A stretch of 64,000 bases of DNA, taken from NCBI GenBank assembly GCA_046290465.1, contig JBKAGP010000001.1, positions 4,416,001 to 4,480,000 on the forward strand, read 5' to 3'. Of the stretch, positions 59,438 through 64,000 are shown one piece after another. The translations under genes were made by a program, and so were the position numbers. Numbering within the stretch: the stretch's first letter is position 1; every line of letters begins with the position of its first letter. Below the pieces are notes generated by a model. It saw nothing but the letters and a program-made list of their open reading frames with translations. It was not told the DNA's origin and did not search any database. The stretch is from Planctomycetota bacterium (GTDB lineage: Bacteria > Planctomycetota > UBA1135 > UBA2386).

Positions 59438-60474
59438 CGCTTGTCCGCCGCCGTCGACGGCCGCGCATACGCGATGCCGTCCGGCCCCTTGCGGGTGTCG
59501 ATGCGATCGACGACCTCGGCCTTCTGCAGGTCGACCACGGCGACGAACTCGCCGCGCGCGCACGCGACGTAGGCGCGCCGACCGTCGCTGCCGGTGACCA
59601 CGCCGAGCGGTAGCGAGCTCTGTTCGCTGCGGTCGCCGTGGATCGACACCTCGCGCAGCAGCGTGCGCCTGGCCGTGTTGAAGATCATCAGTTCGCCGCT
59701 CTCGGCGCACGTCACCAGCACGTGCGCGCCGTCGGGCGTGAACGCGACGCGGAACGGCACCGAGCCGGTCGCCAGCGTCGCGATGATCTTGCGTTGCTTC
59801 GCCGACACGATCGCCAGCGTGTCGTCGGCGCGATTGGCGACCCACGCGTCCCCGGTGACGGGGTGCACGGCCATGCCCTCGGCACCCTTGCCGGTGGCGA
59901 TCGGCGCGGGCGCGAGGTCGCCCGCCGGCCGCGCCAGGTCGAAGAACGTCACGGTCCCGTCGACGACGCTGGTCGCCGCCGCGTGGCGGCCGCCGGTCGC
60001 GACCGAGACCATGTGCATCGACGGTTGTCCGGTCGGCCAAGAAGCCTCGACCGCGCCGGCGCGCACGTCGACGCGCAGCAGCCGGCGGGTCGTCTCGCTG
60101 GTTACGACCACGTCGTGCGCCGACACGAACTGCACGCCGTGCGGCCGCAGGAACTTCTTGTCGCGATCTTCACCCGGGCGCGGCAGGTCGATCGTGCGCA
60201 GCACCTTGGCGGCGACGACGTCGACGACGGTCAGCGTGTGTCCGGGCTTCTGCGTGCCGTAGTCGGTCACGACCGCGGTGTGTCCGTCGGCGGAGACCGC
60301 GACCTCGTGCGGACCGACGCCGGTGCCAAGCCTGGCCACCTCGTGGCCGTCGACGACGTCGAAGATCGACAGCGTGTGCTCGGCCTTGTTGCAGACCAAC
60401 AGCCGGTCGCCGGGTTGCTGGGCGTCGAGCGGCAGCGCGCAGAGCGCGATGGTCAGCAGGTTGAGGCGGCGCAT
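59434..60474 (-). CDS. Secreted YncE/YVTN-type beta-propeller protein
   Basis: Signal peptide ending LDAQ; repeats TGVGPHEVAVS, TGKGAEGM, TGSVPFRV, GPDGI. Confidence 0.87.
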   Translation of the reverse strand: MRRLNLLTIALCALPLDAQQPGDRLLVCNKAEHTLSIFDVVDGHEVARLGTGVGPHEVAVSADGHTAVVTDYGTQKPGHTLTVVDVVAAKVLRTIDLPRPGEDRDKKFLRPHGVQFVSAHDVVVTSETTRRLLRVDVRAGAVEASWPTGQPSMHMVSVATGGRHAAATSVVDGTVTFFDLARPAGDLAPAPIATGKGAEGMAVHPVTGDAWVANRADDTLAIVSAKQRKIIATLATGSVPFRVAFTPDGAHVLVTCAESGELMIFNTARRTLLREVSIHGDRSEQSSLPLGVVTGSDGRRAYVACARGEFVAVVDLQKAEVVDRIDTRKGPDGIAYARPSTAADKR

Positions 60475-60652
60475 TGGCGGACTACTACGCAATGGCTGAC
60501 GTCGGCGCGAACCGCGCGTCCGAAACCCTGCGTCCGCTACCCTGCGTCTGCCCCGGCCGGGTTGCCACGGGTCGGGCTGCCACGGGTTGGGCGTCGGGGG
60601 GTTGGTCCCTCCGCCCCAGCCGTTAAAACAGCCTTTGCCCCTCCCGCCCGCG

Positions 60653-62689
60653 ATGCACCTACCTGCGCCGTTCCGTAATCCGCTGCTGGTGGCAGCGCTG
60701 CTGTCGATCCCTGCCCTGAGCCTGCCGGCCCAGCAGCAGGCGCCTGCTGCATCCCAGCAGGGTGACGAGGATGCGCTGCAGAAGAAGATCGACCAGGCGA
60801 TCAAGGACTACGAGAGCGTGCGCAAGGACCGCGACAAGCTGGTCCAGCGGCGTCGGCTGCTCGGCTGGCTCGGCGAGATCGACCATCCGCGCGTCACCAA
60901 GTACCTGCGCAACGAGCTGAAGAACCTCGCCCGCTACTCGTCCGGCACCCATGTGATCGAGGCGCTCGGCAAGGTCACGCGCGAAGGCACGCAGGACGAC
61001 CTGCGGCGGGCGCTGTTGGCGGGCAACTCGCACCACTCGGTGCGCATCGCCGCGGTCAAGGCGTTGGTCGGGTTTGGCGACGAGGCGACCGATGCGCTGA
61101 TCGAACTCGCGTACGAGACCAAGAACGGTCGCGCGCGCGGTGGCCTGCTGCAGGGACTGTCGGCGTGCGACTCGGCCAGGATCCGGCGCGAGCTGGCCCG
61201 CTTGATGACCGACGGCGACCACGCGCACCGCCGCTACCTGCTGCTCAACACCGCGTCGATCAAGGGCGATCCGGTCATCGACCGCGCGCGCGAGCAGTGC
61301 GTCAAGGAAGGCAACCTGATCGTGTCGTCGACGGCGTGGCGCCTGCTCGCCGAGCAAGGCAACTCGCGTGCGATGGCGCTGACGCTCGACGTCATCGAGC
61401 GCGTGTTCGACACCCCGGACGCCGCTTCGGCGGTCGAGCTGATCCGCGGCCTGGCGGCGGTCGGGGATCCGGACTTCTATCCGGCCTTGCTGCGCTACGG
61501 CGCGGTGCGCGGCGGCGGCGTCCGGCAGGCGCTGCAGGTCGCCGCAGGCCATGCGGCCAGGCAGCCGGAGCTGATCGAATACCTGATCGAGGAAGGGCTC
61601 GAGTCCGACAGCAAGGCGGAGCGCGCGGCGGCCAAGGCGCTGCTCGCCAAGGCGCCGGCGTCGGCGCTGCAGCCGCTGGTCGAGAAGGTGCGCAAGCAGC
61701 TGCGGCGCAACCGCAAGCGGGTGCTCGACATGGCGGCGGGCTTGCAGGAGCTGCTCGCCAAGGATCCGACCTGGGTCCAGGACCTGGCGTCGCTGGCGGC
61801 GGCGTCGGACCTCGAGAGCCGGCTGCTCGGCCTGTCGATGCTGCTGGAGATGGGCTCGCCCGCGGCGATCACGTCGGCGCAGAAGTACACGCGCAACCGC
61901 GCCTGGGAGCTGCGTTCGCTGTCGTTCCGCTACCTGGCGAAGAACCGCGACGTGACGTCGATCCCGTTCTTGATCGCGCGCTACGGTTCCGAGGACGGCC
62001 GCCTCAAGCAAGAGCTGGAGACGGCGTTGTTCGTGCACACCGGCACGCGCTGCTGGTCACGCAGCGACTGGAGTCGCTGGTGGCGCAAGGAGAAGGAGGG
62101 GTTCGTGCTGCCGCACCCCAACAGCGTCCGGGGCGGTGGTTCGACGACCGGCGGCAACACGATCAGCTACTACGACATCCCGCTGGTCAGCTCGCGCATC
62201 GCGTTCGTGGTCGACCACAGCGGCTCGATGAAGTCGCGCGTCGGCACCGACCGCAAGCGGACCCGACTCGATGCCGCCAAGGAGCAGCTGCGCCAGGTCG
62301 TCAAGGCGCTGCCGAAGACGCACAAGGTCAACCTGATCCTGTTCGAGAGCAACGTGACGTCGGTGTGGAAGGAGATCACGCGATTGACCAGCAGCAACCG
62401 CAAGGAGCTGCTCAAGGAGGTCGACAAGATCCCGTATGCCGGCGCCACCAACACGTTCGGCGGGCTCGAGCTCGCCTACCAGGATCCGGAGGTCGACACG
62501 ATCTACCTGCTGACCGACGGCCAGCCGTCCGCCGGCAAGGCGATCGACGCAGCCGACATCCTCGACGAGGTGCAGCGGATGAACCGCGTGCGCCAGATCG
62601 TCATCCACTGCATCTCCGTCGGCCGCGACTCCACGCTGATGCGCGACCTCGCAGCCCTGACCGGCGGCACCTACAAGAAGGTCCAGTAA
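60653..62689 (+). CDS. Secreted HEAT-repeat + C-terminal vWA domain protein
   Basis: Signal peptide ending LPAQ; helical repeats; YYDIP..S.RI.FVVDHSGSM...GATN...LLTDGQP. Confidence 0.85.
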   Translation: MHLPAPFRNPLLVAALLSIPALSLPAQQQAPAASQQGDEDALQKKIDQAIKDYESVRKDRDKLVQRRRLLGWLGEIDHPRVTKYLRNELKNLARYSSGTHVIEALGKVTREGTQDDLRRALLAGNSHHSVRIAAVKALVGFGDEATDALIELAYETKNGRARGGLLQGLSACDSARIRRELARLMTDGDHAHRRYLLLNTASIKGDPVIDRAREQCVKEGNLIVSSTAWRLLAEQGNSRAMALTLDVIERVFDTPDAASAVELIRGLAAVGDPDFYPALLRYGAVRGGGVRQALQVAAGHAARQPELIEYLIEEGLESDSKAERAAAKALLAKAPASALQPLVEKVRKQLRRNRKRVLDMAAGLQELLAKDPTWVQDLASLAAASDLESRLLGLSMLLEMGSPAAITSAQKYTRNRAWELRSLSFRYLAKNRDVTSIPFLIARYGSEDGRLKQELETALFVHTGTRCWSRSDWSRWWRKEKEGFVLPHPNSVRGGGSTTGGNTISYYDIPLVSSRIAFVVDHSGSMKSRVGTDRKRTRLDAAKEQLRQVVKALPKTHKVNLILFESNVTSVWKEITRLTSSNRKELLKEVDKIPYAGATNTFGGLELAYQDPEVDTIYLLTDGQPSAGKAIDAADILDEVQRMNRVRQIVIHCISVGRDSTLMRDLAALTGGTYKKVQ

Positions 62690-62735
62690 CCGGTCCGCAA
62701 GGTCTGTTCCGGGAGCAGACCTTACCGACCGCGGC

Positions 62736-63537
<802 letters not shown>

Positions 63538-63545
<8 letters not shown>

Positions 63546-64000
63546 TGGTGAGGGTTCGCGTTCGTTGCAGGGCGGTCTTGAGGGCGTTGCGCGTCGCGTC
63601 GCTGGCGGCGAGCAGCGGCAGGCGCGGTGCCGACCAGGCCATGCCGGTCAGCGCCAGCGCGGCCTTGATCGGAATCGGGTTGGGTTCGAGGCAGAGCGCG
63701 TCGAACAGCGGTAGCAGGTCCGCGGACCGGGCGCGCGCGGTCTCGAGGTCGCCGGCCCGCGCCGCCGCGACCAGGTCGCGCATCGGCTCCGGAACGACGT
63801 TGCCGGCGACCGAGACGACGCCGTGGCCGCCGACCGCAAAGGTCGGCAGCAGCAGCGCGTCGTCCCCGGCGAACAGCAGCTTGCCTTCGGGCAGCTGCGC
63901 GGCGATGCGCTGGATCTGCACGAGGTCGCCGGACGACTCCTTCGATGCGATCACGTTCGGCAGCTGCCACAGCTCGGCCATCGTCTCGGCGGTCAGGTTG
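63538..64000 (-). CDS. dapA: 4-hydroxy-tetrahydrodipicolinate synthase, 5' part outside window
   Basis: PNVIASKESSG (Schiff-base Lys), GDD, GVVSVAGN, EPNPIPIK, RLPL; directly upstream of dapD. Confidence 0.92.

Overview
High-GC bacterial chromosomal segment with about 60 protein-coding genes. The lineage is probably Planctomycetota; this is an inference from the ECF-sigma/Ser-Thr-kinase pair, the HEAT+vWA secreted proteins and the epmB/efp/epmA arrangement. No rRNA, tRNA, CRISPR array or transposase was recognised. Housekeeping genes are prfB (programmed +1 frameshift visible), purH, yggS, nth, ychF, etfAB, efp with epmA/epmB, dapD and partial dapA. Transporters are an osmoprotectant-type ABC system, modABC and a partial Na+/Ca2+ antiporter. 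A flagellar hook/rod operon (fliK-flgD-E-F-G-A-H-I-J-N-K-L) follows a sigma54-like promoter, and a divergent flgM follows a sigma28-like promoter. Most notable: (1) a 10-gene divergent cluster at 17.4-27 kb (RibD-like reductase, Zn-dehydrogenase, non-canonical PTPS/QueD paralog, GT4, CDP-alcohol phosphotransferase, three methyltransferases, polytopic membrane protein, LTA-synthase/sulfatase-like protein) that may make an uncharacterised nucleotide-derived lipid or cell-surface modification; (2) an 83-bp hairpin-rich repeat, three near-identical copies at two loci, bounded by CTAG that supplies the TAG stops of both convergent flanking genes; (3) a FliE-like gene and a GNAT translationally coupled to flgL; (4) a half-receiver/Fis-HTH mini-regulator. 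All calls are by eye from motifs; no database searches were run and start codons are best estimates.
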